Shown here: positions 10,569 to 19,462 of the stretch, piece by piece
How the letters are laid out: each line of letters starts with the position of its first letter
Position numbering within the stretch: position 1 is the first letter of the stretch
IMG/VR virus record: IMGVR_UViG_3300025778_000009
Direction: 5' to 3' (one strand)
Length of the DNA: 64,000 nt
DNA from: a virus
Taxonomy: Duplodnaviria > Heunggongvirae > Uroviricota > Caudoviricetes
The notes under the pieces: generated by a model
Seen by the model: the letters and a program-made list of their open reading frames with translations, nothing else
Told to the model about the DNA's origin: nothing
The model's database searches: none
Position numbers and translations under genes: made by a program

Positions 10569-10714
10569 TGATTACATTTAAGAAATTTGTAAGTGAAATA
10601 ACTATTCACGATGCAACTGGTAAAGTAGTAAAAATTAAAAAACAAAAAGTCAGGGAAATAGATGGTAAGATCCATATGGAATATCCTGGCAAAAGCAGAA
10701 GTTCTGAAAGGTAA
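10568..10714 (+). CDS. Small protein (48 aa) not in ORF track, candidate internal head protein
   Basis: ATG overlaps previous TAA; MITFKKFVSEITIHDATGKVVKIKKQKVREIDGKIHMEYPGKSRSSER; ends 5 nt before dps. Confidence 0.6.
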   Translation: MITFKKFVSEITIHDATGKVVKIKKQKVREIDGKIHMEYPGKSRSSER

Positions 10715-10719
10715 TTATT

Positions 10720-11160
10720 ATGGATAGTCTTATTGAAGCAATGAAAAGATATTTGGCTACTAATTTTTCATTTTATATGAAAATACACCAATTTCATTGG
10801 AACGTAGAAGGCCCAGATTTTCCTCAATATCATAAATTTTTACAAAAATTATATGAAGAAATATTTGAGACCCATGACACAATTGCAGAAGAAATAAGAG
10901 CATTATCTGCATATGCTCCGTCTTCATATAAAGATTATAAAGAATTGACAATGATAGAAGATCAAACAGATCTTAAAGTAGATGCAATTCAAATGATGAA
11001 CATCTTATACGGTGATAATGGCACAGTAATGGAAGCTATTAAAATTGCTTATAAGTCAGCTGAATTTAATAATGAAATTGGGTTATCTAATTTCTTACAA
11101 GATAGAATGAATGCCCATAAAAAACACGCCTGGATGTTAAGATCCATTACAAAAGCTTAA
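10720..11160 (+). CDS. dps: Dps / ferritin-like DNA protection protein
   Basis: Ferroxidase signature K-IHQFHWNVEGPDFPQYHKFLQKLYEE...D-IAEEIR and C-terminal HKKHAWML. Confidence 0.9.
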   Translation: MDSLIEAMKRYLATNFSFYMKIHQFHWNVEGPDFPQYHKFLQKLYEEIFETHDTIAEEIRALSAYAPSSYKDYKELTMIEDQTDLKVDAIQMMNILYGDNGTVMEAIKIAYKSAEFNNEIGLSNFLQDRMNAHKKHAWMLRSITKA

Positions 11161-11228
11161 TCATTGACTTTAAGCAAAACCTAAATAAAGCATAGAAAAA
11201 ACAATTTTTTCTAGAAAAGGAGAAAACA

Positions 11229-12077
11229 ATGTCAGGTCAATGGGGAAATACAGACAACGCCAGCAATTCAGTGCTTTGGGGCGTTGTTAATGCAAAACTA
11301 CATGTAAATACATACAATCAATCAGCACTATTTGAAAATACTACACCAAGTGCTTTTATTAGCAATATGGAAATTGGTCAGTTTGGTGTTGAAGCATCAC
11401 AAATGGGTGTCTCATCTGGTCCAATTTATGAAGCATCAGTAACTTATGCAGGTTCAGGTTATCAAAACTCACCAGCTCAATCAGTTATTACTGGTGGAGG
11501 AGGCTCTGGTGGTGCAAACTTGACTTTCACTAACGTAACAGGTAGAGTAACAGGATATACTATTGTTAATGGTGGTAACTATAATACTAAACCATCTATT
11601 GTAGTTCATGCTCCAGAATTAAATGTATTCAATGGTAATACAGGTATTTCTGGTGGTGGTATTCTATTTACAAGTGCAAGCTCACACTGGCAGGTAGGCG
11701 ATGGTGTTACTTATGCTGGTAACGCAACATCTACACCAGTTGGGTTAACTAATAATACTAGATACTATATTCAAGCAGTTAACACAACTGTTATTACACT
11801 TTCAACAACACAGGGTGGTCCTGCCTTAACACTAACTGGTGCTCCTTATGCAAGCACTCTAGCAGGTGGTGCTACTATTCAAGGTGATACAGCTACTGCA
11901 ATCGTAACTGGTGTTGGTGGTGCACTTAATAATGGTGTAGCACATGCTGGTTGGGTACTACGTAGAGCTGGTACAGGTGGTCGCGCTGGTCGTGTTCAAT
12001 ATGAAACATTGGTAGCAATGGGTACTCTTCAGGGTACTATTGACGCTGCTGCTAATACTGTTCTTCCATCAGCGTAA
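11229..12077 (+). CDS. Virion structural protein (T4-like conserved)
   Basis: SD AAGGAG; MSGQWGNTDNASNS N-terminus and GVAHAGWVLRRAGTGGRAGRVQYETLVAMG C-terminal motif. Confidence 0.6.
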   Translation: MSGQWGNTDNASNSVLWGVVNAKLHVNTYNQSALFENTTPSAFISNMEIGQFGVEASQMGVSSGPIYEASVTYAGSGYQNSPAQSVITGGGGSGGANLTFTNVTGRVTGYTIVNGGNYNTKPSIVVHAPELNVFNGNTGISGGGILFTSASSHWQVGDGVTYAGNATSTPVGLTNNTRYYIQAVNTTVITLSTTQGGPALTLTGAPYASTLAGGATIQGDTATAIVTGVGGALNNGVAHAGWVLRRAGTGGRAGRVQYETLVAMGTLQGTIDAAANTVLPSA

Positions 12078-12102
12078 TTTAATAATATTATAGAGGGTAA
12101 CT

Positions 12103-15030
12103 ATGCCAAAGATTTCTGAGCTAAATGAAATTACATCGCTATATGCAAATGACTATTTCGCTGTGGCTCATGATCTTAACGGGTTACCCTCTACTAAAAA
12201 AATTACTGCAGAAAATTTAGCTACTTCTTTAAGCACACTCTCTACATCTGGTGGTAATGGTTATACAGGATCACAAGGTGATGCTGGACCGATAGGATAT
12301 ACAGGCTCACAAGGTGATCCAGGTGATTTAGGTTATACCGGTTCTGCTGGTGCGTTTGCAGGAATGGGATATACAGGTTCAAAAGGCGAAACTGGTTATA
12401 TTGGTTCACATGGTGTTACAGGAAGCACTGGACTTAAAGGTGATTTAGGTTATACAGGATCACAAGGTGATACAGGATATACCGGTTCTTCTGGTGCTTC
12501 TGTCTACATGGGATATACTGGTTCCGCTGGTTATACAGGATCTCTTGGTGCAATAGGTTATACAGGTTCTTTTGGTCCTACAGGCGGCACATTTGGTCAA
12601 GTATTAGTATCATCTGGAAATGGTTCCTCTTCTTGGTTGTTTAACCCGGGTATCGATTCACTTATAATAGAAAATTATACTACAACTTACACTGCATCAA
12701 ATACAGATAATTATATTTTCTGTGATCCAAATGATCCAGGTTCTATAACAGTTATTTTACCATCTTCACCACCACAAGGTAAAGAATATAATATTAAAAA
12801 TTTAACAGGTGTAGTTGGTGTTAAGTATGTTACTGTAACTACAGATCAACCAACACATCGTTATCTAGAAAATCCAGAAACAGGTCAATTTGTAGAATCC
12901 TATATTATTGCAAATCGCGGAGATATGCAATCTTGGATTCACGATGGGAATGTTTATAGACATATTGGGTCACAAACTGGTGTCCCGTCATTTATTACTA
13001 GTGCTAATGCCTACACACAAGTTGTAGTTAAAAATTCAAATTCAGGTAATAACGCATCTGGAGATATTGTAGTTTATTCTGATACAGCTGATTATACTGT
13101 AGGTAATGGTCCATTTATTGATTTAGGTATTGATAGCTCAACTTATTCTAATGCAGAATTTACATTATTTGGTCCTAATGATGCATATGTTTATACAGGT
13201 AACACAAATCTTCTTTTAGGCACATCAACCGGCAATACTTCTATTAAATTTTTTGCTGGTAATACTAATGCAGAAGATTTAAAGTTAACTATTACTGATA
13301 GTACTATTATTGCAAATACTAATTTTATTCCTTCTCAAGCAAATGCATTTAGCTTAGGTAATTCTACATTTCAGTGGAATGAACTTTACGTTTCTAGTAA
13401 TGCAGTCTATATTGATAGTGTTGCACTTACTACTGGGTCTGGCAACTCTTTAAGAATTAATAGTACTTTATTAGACATGGGTCCTGGAGGATATACCGGT
13501 TCTCAAGGTGAAATAGGTTATACCGGTTCTTCAGGTAGCGGGTCAAGTCTTGGAAATTTACAAGTCGGTGGTACCAACAACGACACCTTGCAAAATATTT
13601 CTGGCACAGGTAACGTAGTAATTGGAAGTGCATATCTATGGAATTTTGATTATTCAGGTAACCTAAACCAACCTATAGGTTCTTATATTAAATCTTCTAG
13701 TGTAGCATCTATAGGTAATGCGCCAATCACAGTTTTACAGTCTGATATTGTTGATGGTCCAGACACTAATACATGGGTAGATCTTCCAAATGCAGCTCCA
13801 TATACTAATATTCAAGCTGGATGGATTATAAATTCTTCTGATGTTATTGCACCACAATTAATTACTGCAACCCAAGTTGTAAATTTAGGCGGAGGTAGCT
13901 TTACTTACAGAGTTAGTGGTTTCCCTAGTTACTATTCAAGTATAGATTATCCATTAACATTTAATGATCCTACTTATTTACCTGCCGCAACTGCCGCATT
14001 AAGTGTAGCGGCAGATTCAAATACATGGGTATTTAATTCTAACGGATCATTATCATTCCCTGATACTTCTACTCAATACACAGCGTTTAATAATAACTAT
14101 TCTTATTCTTGGTCAGCAAATCAAACATTCTTAAATCCAACTACTTTTAGTAATGCTGTTTATTTAACAAGTATAAATGCAAATAACTCATTTGGTACTT
14201 CTGGTCAAGTATTGACAACAAATAGTACAAACGGATTATATTGGTCAAACGCTACTGCTACTTCTAATGCAGCAACTTTAACAGGTAATACATTAAGTAA
14301 CACAGTTAAAAACTCTAATTTAACTTCGGTAGGCACACTAACTAACTTAACTGTTACAGGGAATGTAACATCTACATCTGGTAAGTTTATTGGTGATGGA
14401 TCTCTTTTAACAAACCTTAATGTAACCCAGCAAGCTAATATAGTGGGTTCCCAGGCTAATGTTACGTTAATAGCCGGTAACTATTCTTATGTTTTCGATA
14501 ACACCAGCACATTTACAATGCCTGCTAATGGTGATATAGTATTACCTGGTGTCAGTGCTAACTTATCTGTCGGAGGTACTATTACCGTTGGCGGTAATAT
14601 TATTATGCAAAATCGCCCTGCTTTCCGTGTTTACGGTTCGGGTACAATGAGTAACTTGTCGACTACACAAAACGGCAATGGTATTCTAAACATCAACAAT
14701 TTTGCTGTTGATTATAATCAAGGTTCAGCATTAAATACTTCAACCGGGATATTTACTGCTCCAATCGCAGGACTATACAACATACATCTTGTAGCTCGTA
14801 TAACAAGTAATTCATCAGGCCAGGCACAAATAACTGTTGTCAAGAATAATGGTCTAGGCAGCCAGGCTAATCAAGTTATGTGGGAAATTGGCCCTAATCC
14901 TTCAGTTAATCACTTTGGTGTTAGCACAATAGCTAAATTAGCCGTGGGAGATACTCTTGTGCTCAAGGTAACATTGGGAACAATAAACTTTGATGCTAAT
15001 GATAATTGGTCAGTAGCCTTTATAGGATAA
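12103..15030 (+). CDS. Collagen-like fibre protein with C-terminal C1q/TNF-like trimeric head
   Basis: GYTGS-based Gly-X-Y repeats; C-terminus RPAFRVYG...NTSTGIFTAPIAGLYNIHL...LAVGDTLVL matches gC1q-like pattern. Confidence 0.7.
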   Translation: MPKISELNEITSLYANDYFAVAHDLNGLPSTKKITAENLATSLSTLSTSGGNGYTGSQGDAGPIGYTGSQGDPGDLGYTGSAGAFAGMGYTGSKGETGYIGSHGVTGSTGLKGDLGYTGSQGDTGYTGSSGASVYMGYTGSAGYTGSLGAIGYTGSFGPTGGTFGQVLVSSGNGSSSWLFNPGIDSLIIENYTTTYTASNTDNYIFCDPNDPGSITVILPSSPPQGKEYNIKNLTGVVGVKYVTVTTDQPTHRYLENPETGQFVESYIIANRGDMQSWIHDGNVYRHIGSQTGVPSFITSANAYTQVVVKNSNSGNNASGDIVVYSDTADYTVGNGPFIDLGIDSSTYSNAEFTLFGPNDAYVYTGNTNLLLGTSTGNTSIKFFAGNTNAEDLKLTITDSTIIANTNFIPSQANAFSLGNSTFQWNELYVSSNAVYIDSVALTTGSGNSLRINSTLLDMGPGGYTGSQGEIGYTGSSGSGSSLGNLQVGGTNNDTLQNISGTGNVVIGSAYLWNFDYSGNLNQPIGSYIKSSSVASIGNAPITVLQSDIVDGPDTNTWVDLPNAAPYTNIQAGWIINSSDVIAPQLITATQVVNLGGGSFTYRVSGFPSYYSSIDYPLTFNDPTYLPAATAALSVAADSNTWVFNSNGSLSFPDTSTQYTAFNNNYSYSWSANQTFLNPTTFSNAVYLTSINANNSFGTSGQVLTTNSTNGLYWSNATATSNAATLTGNTLSNTVKNSNLTSVGTLTNLTVTGNVTSTSGKFIGDGSLLTNLNVTQQANIVGSQANVTLIAGNYSYVFDNTSTFTMPANGDIVLPGVSANLSVGGTITVGGNIIMQNRPAFRVYGSGTMSNLSTTQNGNGILNINNFAVDYNQGSALNTSTGIFTAPIAGLYNIHLVARITSNSSGQAQITVVKNNGLGSQANQVMWEIGPNPSVNHFGVSTIAKLAVGDTLVLKVTLGTINFDANDNWSVAFIG
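12259..12588 (+). repeat. Collagen-like GYTGS(Q/A/S)G repeats
   Basis: About ten GYTGS units in a Gly-X-Y tract; two more near 13488-13533. Confidence 0.85.
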
Positions 15031-15033
15031 TTT

Positions 15034-15744
15034 ATGATTATACAAGGTGTAACACTAAAAGGTATTACAGTAGCAGATTCTTATATTGTAAATCAAAATC
15101 TTGCTATCTGGATTGATGCAAATAACTCATCGAGTTATCCTGGTAGTGGAACAACCATTACAGATTTATCAGGAAATGGTCGCACGCAGAATTTACAAAA
15201 TGCTTCTCAATTCACTACATTAAGTGGTGTTAAATGTTGGGATTGTTCTAATCCTAGCACTTACAATGCAATATCTGCAGCATCTATAGGTCCAACTCTA
15301 CCTACATCAGGCTTTACATATATAGCATGGGCTAGAATGATTGCCAGTACGGCAACTTTTAGGACTTTATTTAGAACCAGCCCAAACGACCATCCTATTT
15401 TAATTAACACAGGAACCAACGACTTAGGTATGTGGGATAACTCAGTATCAATATTTTATCCGTGCGGATATAATGTAGCCGGCCTGGCTAATAAATGGGC
15501 TCAATGGGCTGTAACCGGTGACAGTTCAGGACAGTCATTTTATATAAACGGTCAGTACGTAGGAACAGTCACAGCACAAACATCTGCAGGTAACGCTCAC
15601 AATATCATAGGTAACGTTGGTTCAAGCTTTGGTGGAACGCAACCGTTTGGTTATATTGCAAATATGTTTTTATATACTTCTAAGCTTACGCAGACGCAAA
15701 TATTACAAAATTATGGTGCACATAGAAACGTGTTCGGGTTATAA
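15034..15744 (+). CDS. Concanavalin A-like lectin / LamG-domain protein
   Basis: LAIWIDANNSSSYPGSGTTITDLSGNG ... FYINGQYVG ... GYIANMFLYTSKLTQTQILQNY is the LamG-type pattern. Confidence 0.8.
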   Translation: MIIQGVTLKGITVADSYIVNQNLAIWIDANNSSSYPGSGTTITDLSGNGRTQNLQNASQFTTLSGVKCWDCSNPSTYNAISAASIGPTLPTSGFTYIAWARMIASTATFRTLFRTSPNDHPILINTGTNDLGMWDNSVSIFYPCGYNVAGLANKWAQWAVTGDSSGQSFYINGQYVGTVTAQTSAGNAHNIIGNVGSSFGGTQPFGYIANMFLYTSKLTQTQILQNYGAHRNVFGL

Positions 15745-15747
15745 ATA
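15740..15747 (+). promoter_or_regulatory. T4-type late promoter TATAAATA
   Basis: Exact motif overlapping the LamG stop, upstream of 15776. Confidence 0.7.
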
Positions 15748-15775
15748 ATTTTAATAATAACAAAAATAGAGTACA

Positions 15776-16165
15776 ATGGATAAACTCGACGAATCAAATT
15801 TTTTATTATACGCAGCGAAACATTATGATAATCCTCAATGTTATGATACCATTGAATTTTATGATGATATGAAAAGATTCAAGTATATTAAAAGATTATT
15901 GAATAGATACCTTGAAGAAGATGATTTAAAAGAAAGATTAATATTAAATCATATTATTGTACTTTATAATGTATTTGGTGCTGAAGCTACTATAAGAATG
16001 TTGTTTTTAAAATGCAAGGGAATGGAAAAACAACTTAAACCATTTTTAGTATTTTTAAATCTACTACCAGCTAAAGTTGAAAATATTGGAATTGAAAATA
16101 AAACAATATATACAAATAACATAGACATAGATTTAAATATATTAAAAAAATTAAGAGAAATATAA
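15776..16165 (+). CDS. Conserved T4-superfamily hypothetical protein
   Basis: LDESNFLLYAAKHYDNPQC...EFYDDMKRFKYIKRLLNRY...ERLILNHIIVLYNVFG motif. Confidence 0.7.
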   Translation: MDKLDESNFLLYAAKHYDNPQCYDTIEFYDDMKRFKYIKRLLNRYLEEDDLKERLILNHIIVLYNVFGAEATIRMLFLKCKGMEKQLKPFLVFLNLLPAKVENIGIENKTIYTNNIDIDLNILKKLREI

Positions 16166-16167
16166 AA

Positions 16168-17520
16168 ATGTTAGTAGATACAGTACTCACTTATCAATTT
16201 ATTAAAAAACTAACAACACCTTTTAATCAACTACCCGCATATAAAATGCATTTAATTGATGATAAAGGTAATTTTTTAAAAGCAAGAACTCAGTTTACTC
16301 CACAAGAAACAAAAGCTTGTGGTTTATTTGATGTTATGATTATCAATCTTAAAAAATTAATTGCTAAGATTCCTGGTGGTAGTTCTAGATTAGGTACTGT
16401 AGCTGCTACTTTAGTTCTTCTCAATTCTAAACCTATCCGTGAAAGCGTCGAGGATATTGATTTAGAAGAGCAATTTAACTACTACTACAACAAAATTAAA
16501 GATATTTCAGAAGAAGGTGCTGTAGCTGCTGCTCCTGTTAATAATGTTGCGTCAGGTGATATTGCTGGTATAGGTCAACCACCAGGTTCAGCAAAAGGTT
16601 TTCCTCCTGTATCTATAAACAACAAATATAAGAAAAAAAATATAGAAGATACTAAGAAAATGAAGCGCGGAATTATAGGCGCTCTTTCTATGAAGGAAGC
16701 TGAATCACATTATATTGAAAAAGTATTCCGTGATGACTATAAAGAAAAAAATGCTAAGCAAGAACCTAAATTAAACAAAATAACTAAAAAAATAAAAGTA
16801 TTCTCTAAATTCAAAGAAGACACTACATTAGAGTATCATGATGTTCTTAATCCTAAGATATGGGATGGAGCAGAGTTAAAATCAGAAGTAAGAGGTAAAC
16901 TATTACAGATTGCTGAGGCATGGAGAGAGTTTGCAAAGATTCACCCAGACACTGTAGTCAATATAATATTGACAGGCGGTAATGCAAACTATAATTATAC
17001 ACCTCAATCAGATTTAGATCTACACCTTATTATTAACAGAGGCGAATTTAACGGTAGTATGATTGACCGTGCTTTTGTTGATGAGTATCTACAAGATAAA
17101 AAAATTCTATGGACATTAACACACGGTGATATTAACATATATGGTTATCCTGTAGAGTTATATGCTCAAGATATTAATGATCAACCACATTCAGGTCAAG
17201 GTGTTTATTCAGTAAGCGGTAATTACTGGATGCAAGAACCAAAATATTTAAATCTTGATTTTGAATCTGATCCTAATTTGCAGGATAAAGTAGATTTCTA
17301 TAAAGATATGATTGATAAGTTAATTGATCAACAAGCAGATTCAGATGCTATAGATACTCTTAAAGATAGAATTAAAACTATGAGAGGCGACTCTATCGCA
17401 CAAGGTGGTGAGTTTGCTTTTGGTAATTTGGTATTCAAAGAACTACGTAATTCTGGTTATCTAGATAAACTATCAGATTATGATAGAACTAAAAAAGATA
17501 AAGCATTGTCATTAGGGTAA
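16168..17520 (+). CDS. Conserved T4-like N-terminal domain fused to a Pol-beta-superfamily nucleotidyltransferase domain
   Basis: N-term YQFIKKLTTPF...IDDKGNFLK; C-half IILTGGNANYNYTPQSDLDLHLII (hG[GS]x10DhD) and PVELYAQD third carboxylate. Confidence 0.7.
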   Translation: MLVDTVLTYQFIKKLTTPFNQLPAYKMHLIDDKGNFLKARTQFTPQETKACGLFDVMIINLKKLIAKIPGGSSRLGTVAATLVLLNSKPIRESVEDIDLEEQFNYYYNKIKDISEEGAVAAAPVNNVASGDIAGIGQPPGSAKGFPPVSINNKYKKKNIEDTKKMKRGIIGALSMKEAESHYIEKVFRDDYKEKNAKQEPKLNKITKKIKVFSKFKEDTTLEYHDVLNPKIWDGAELKSEVRGKLLQIAEAWREFAKIHPDTVVNIILTGGNANYNYTPQSDLDLHLIINRGEFNGSMIDRAFVDEYLQDKKILWTLTHGDINIYGYPVELYAQDINDQPHSGQGVYSVSGNYWMQEPKYLNLDFESDPNLQDKVDFYKDMIDKLIDQQADSDAIDTLKDRIKTMRGDSIAQGGEFAFGNLVFKELRNSGYLDKLSDYDRTKKDKALSLG

Positions 17521-17523
17521 AAA

Positions 17524-17904
17524 ATGATTATATTGAGATTTTTTCTATTTACTAGATTTGGTTTAATTATTACTATTATAGGTTCTTTAATTGGGGTATT
17601 TTATGGTTGGCTTTATATGCACGATCAGAGTATAATAACATCTGCTACAAATGCATATAATACTATGCAACAACAAATATATCAAAAGAAAGAAGAAGAA
17701 TTTGTACAAAAAACAATTACTCTTTCTAATGATGCAATTGATATAGCAAATGATGTTAATCATCAAAAACAAGATACTACCAACAATCTTAAGGCTATTG
17801 AAAGAAAAGCAATAGATGAAGCACCAGACGAGCAAAGACCATCTTCAGTATATTTGAAAAGTATTATTACACAATTGAACGAAATTTATGGTATGAAAAA
17901 ATGA
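17524..17904 (+). CDS. Putative inner-membrane spanin (Rz-like)
   Basis: Single N-terminal TM helix then predicted coiled coil; directly precedes a lipoprotein gene. Confidence 0.7.
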   Translation: MIILRFFLFTRFGLIITIIGSLIGVFYGWLYMHDQSIITSATNAYNTMQQQIYQKKEEEFVQKTITLSNDAIDIANDVNHQKQDTTNNLKAIERKAIDEAPDEQRPSSVYLKSIITQLNEIYGMKK

Positions 17905-18176
17905 AAAAACTTTTATTACTTTCTTCTTTACTATTAGCAGGTTGCAATCAAACTGTAAGTCTTTTGACTCCTGAATATAAATTAGTAAAGGCACCAGATA
18001 GTCTTTATGATTGCCCTACTGTTACAAAATTCCCTAAAGCAGATACTCTTACTGATGAACAAGTCGGTAAGTTATTATTAAAACTTCAAAGAAACAACGT
18101 TGCCTGTAAGAATTCAGCAGAAGCAGTTCGTAAATTCTATACAGAAGCAGAAAAAACTATAAACGATAAAAAATAA
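17901..18176 (+). CDS. Putative outer-membrane spanin lipoprotein (Rz1-like)
   Basis: Signal peptide with lipobox LLAG-C, Pro-rich, two further Cys; ATGA overlap with i-spanin. Confidence 0.75.
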   Translation: MKKLLLLSSLLLAGCNQTVSLLTPEYKLVKAPDSLYDCPTVTKFPKADTLTDEQVGKLLLKLQRNNVACKNSAEAVRKFYTEAEKTINDKK

Positions 18177-18179
18177 CTG

Positions 18180-18207
18180 TTGATTATTATTCTAACTATA
18201 TTATAAT
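18180..18207 (+). promoter_or_regulatory. Sigma70-like early promoter TTGATT-N16-TATAAT
   Basis: Intergenic, upstream of primase; same TTGATT -35 recurs at 26282, 29146, 33731 and 35302. Confidence 0.6.
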
Positions 18208-18235
18208 AACTTGTTCCATTAAAGGGTATAGAGTT

Positions 18236-19276
18236 ATGAATTTACTATGGTTAGATCAGAAGTTTGCTTCACTTATCGGTACACAGCTTGAGCAATTTAA
18301 GGTAAAGAAAACAAAACCTTATATTGCTCAATTTCGTTGCCCTATATGCGGAGACTCACAATCTAGTAAATTTAAGACTAGAGGTCATTTATACGAGCAT
18401 TCTGGCCGTATTAATATGAAATGCTTTAATTGTGGTTACAGTACATCTCTTAGTAAATTTATTAAAACGCTTAATCCAGTACTATATACCGAGTATAGAC
18501 TTGAAACTCTTAAAGAGACTGGTGGTTCTGAGTCAGATGAAAAATTTATACCTGCTATCGAAAAATTCTCTACCAGAAGGGTTGATCACTTCGAACCTTT
18601 TAAAGAATTACGTAAGATTTCACAGTTAAAACCGGAACATCCAGCAAAAAAGTACATAGTTGACAGGCGTATTCCTTCTAATGCGCATTTTCAAATTTAT
18701 TATTCCCATACATACTATCACTGGGTAAATAATATACTACCAGAGAAGTTCAATGACAAGGCTCTTAAGTTAGATGAGCCTCGTATTGTATTTCCCTTCA
18801 TAGATGCTAAAGGATACGTATTTGGTTGTACAGGTCGTTCCATTAGTAAAGTATCCAATTTACGATATTCTACAGTAATATTCGATGATACAAAGGAAAA
18901 GTTATTTGGACTAGATTCTATTGATAAATCTAAAAGGGTTTATGTAGTTGAAGGTCCAATCGATAGTCTTTTCCTTGATAACTGTATTGCAATGGCAGGT
19001 TCTGATGTTATATTAGCCAATGTAGCAGATAGAGATAAAATAGTTGTTATATATGATAATGAACCACGTAACAAAGAAATTGTAAAGAAAATTGAGAAAG
19101 CTATTGATCAAGGATACAAAGTATGTATTTGGCCATCTAATATCGAGGAAAAAGACATCAACGATATGATATTAAAAGCTGATCTTACTGGCCCAGCAGT
19201 CCAGCATATTATTGACGCTAATACATTTGAAGGATTAACTGCAAAGATAATGCTTCAACAATGGAGAAAAGTATGA
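18236..19276 (+). CDS. 61: DNA primase (T4 gp61)
   Basis: Zn ribbon CPICGDS...KCFNCG, TOPRIM VVEGPIDSLF, DNEPRN, KDINDM. Confidence 0.93.
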   Translation: MNLLWLDQKFASLIGTQLEQFKVKKTKPYIAQFRCPICGDSQSSKFKTRGHLYEHSGRINMKCFNCGYSTSLSKFIKTLNPVLYTEYRLETLKETGGSESDEKFIPAIEKFSTRRVDHFEPFKELRKISQLKPEHPAKKYIVDRRIPSNAHFQIYYSHTYYHWVNNILPEKFNDKALKLDEPRIVFPFIDAKGYVFGCTGRSISKVSNLRYSTVIFDDTKEKLFGLDSIDKSKRVYVVEGPIDSLFLDNCIAMAGSDVILANVADRDKIVVIYDNEPRNKEIVKKIEKAIDQGYKVCIWPSNIEEKDINDMILKADLTGPAVQHIIDANTFEGLTAKIMLQQWRKV

Positions 19277-19458
19277 AAAATTTCACAGTACAAATTCAAT
19301 TTGATATTAGGGAAGGTGACTACTATTTTCCTATTCCAGACGATATGTTAGCTGATATTGCTGCTTTAGGATGGACGGTTGATGATGAACTTGAATGGAA
19401 TGATAATAAAGACGGTACGTTTACAATAAAGAAAAAAGAACAAGAAAAAGAGGTATAA
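19273..19458 (+). CDS. AbrB/MazE-like small DNA-binding protein
   Basis: GDYYFPIPDDML...LGWTVDDELEW swapped-hairpin pattern; ATG at 19273 overlaps primase TGA, SD GGAG. Confidence 0.55.
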   Translation: MKNFTVQIQFDIREGDYYFPIPDDMLADIAALGWTVDDELEWNDNKDGTFTIKKKEQEKEV

Positions 19459-19462
19459 TAAC

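Noticed and set aside
1-15744. Diversity-generating retroelement targeting fibre or lectin tips
   Set aside because: No reverse transcriptase and no template/variable repeat pair differing at adenines was seen in this window
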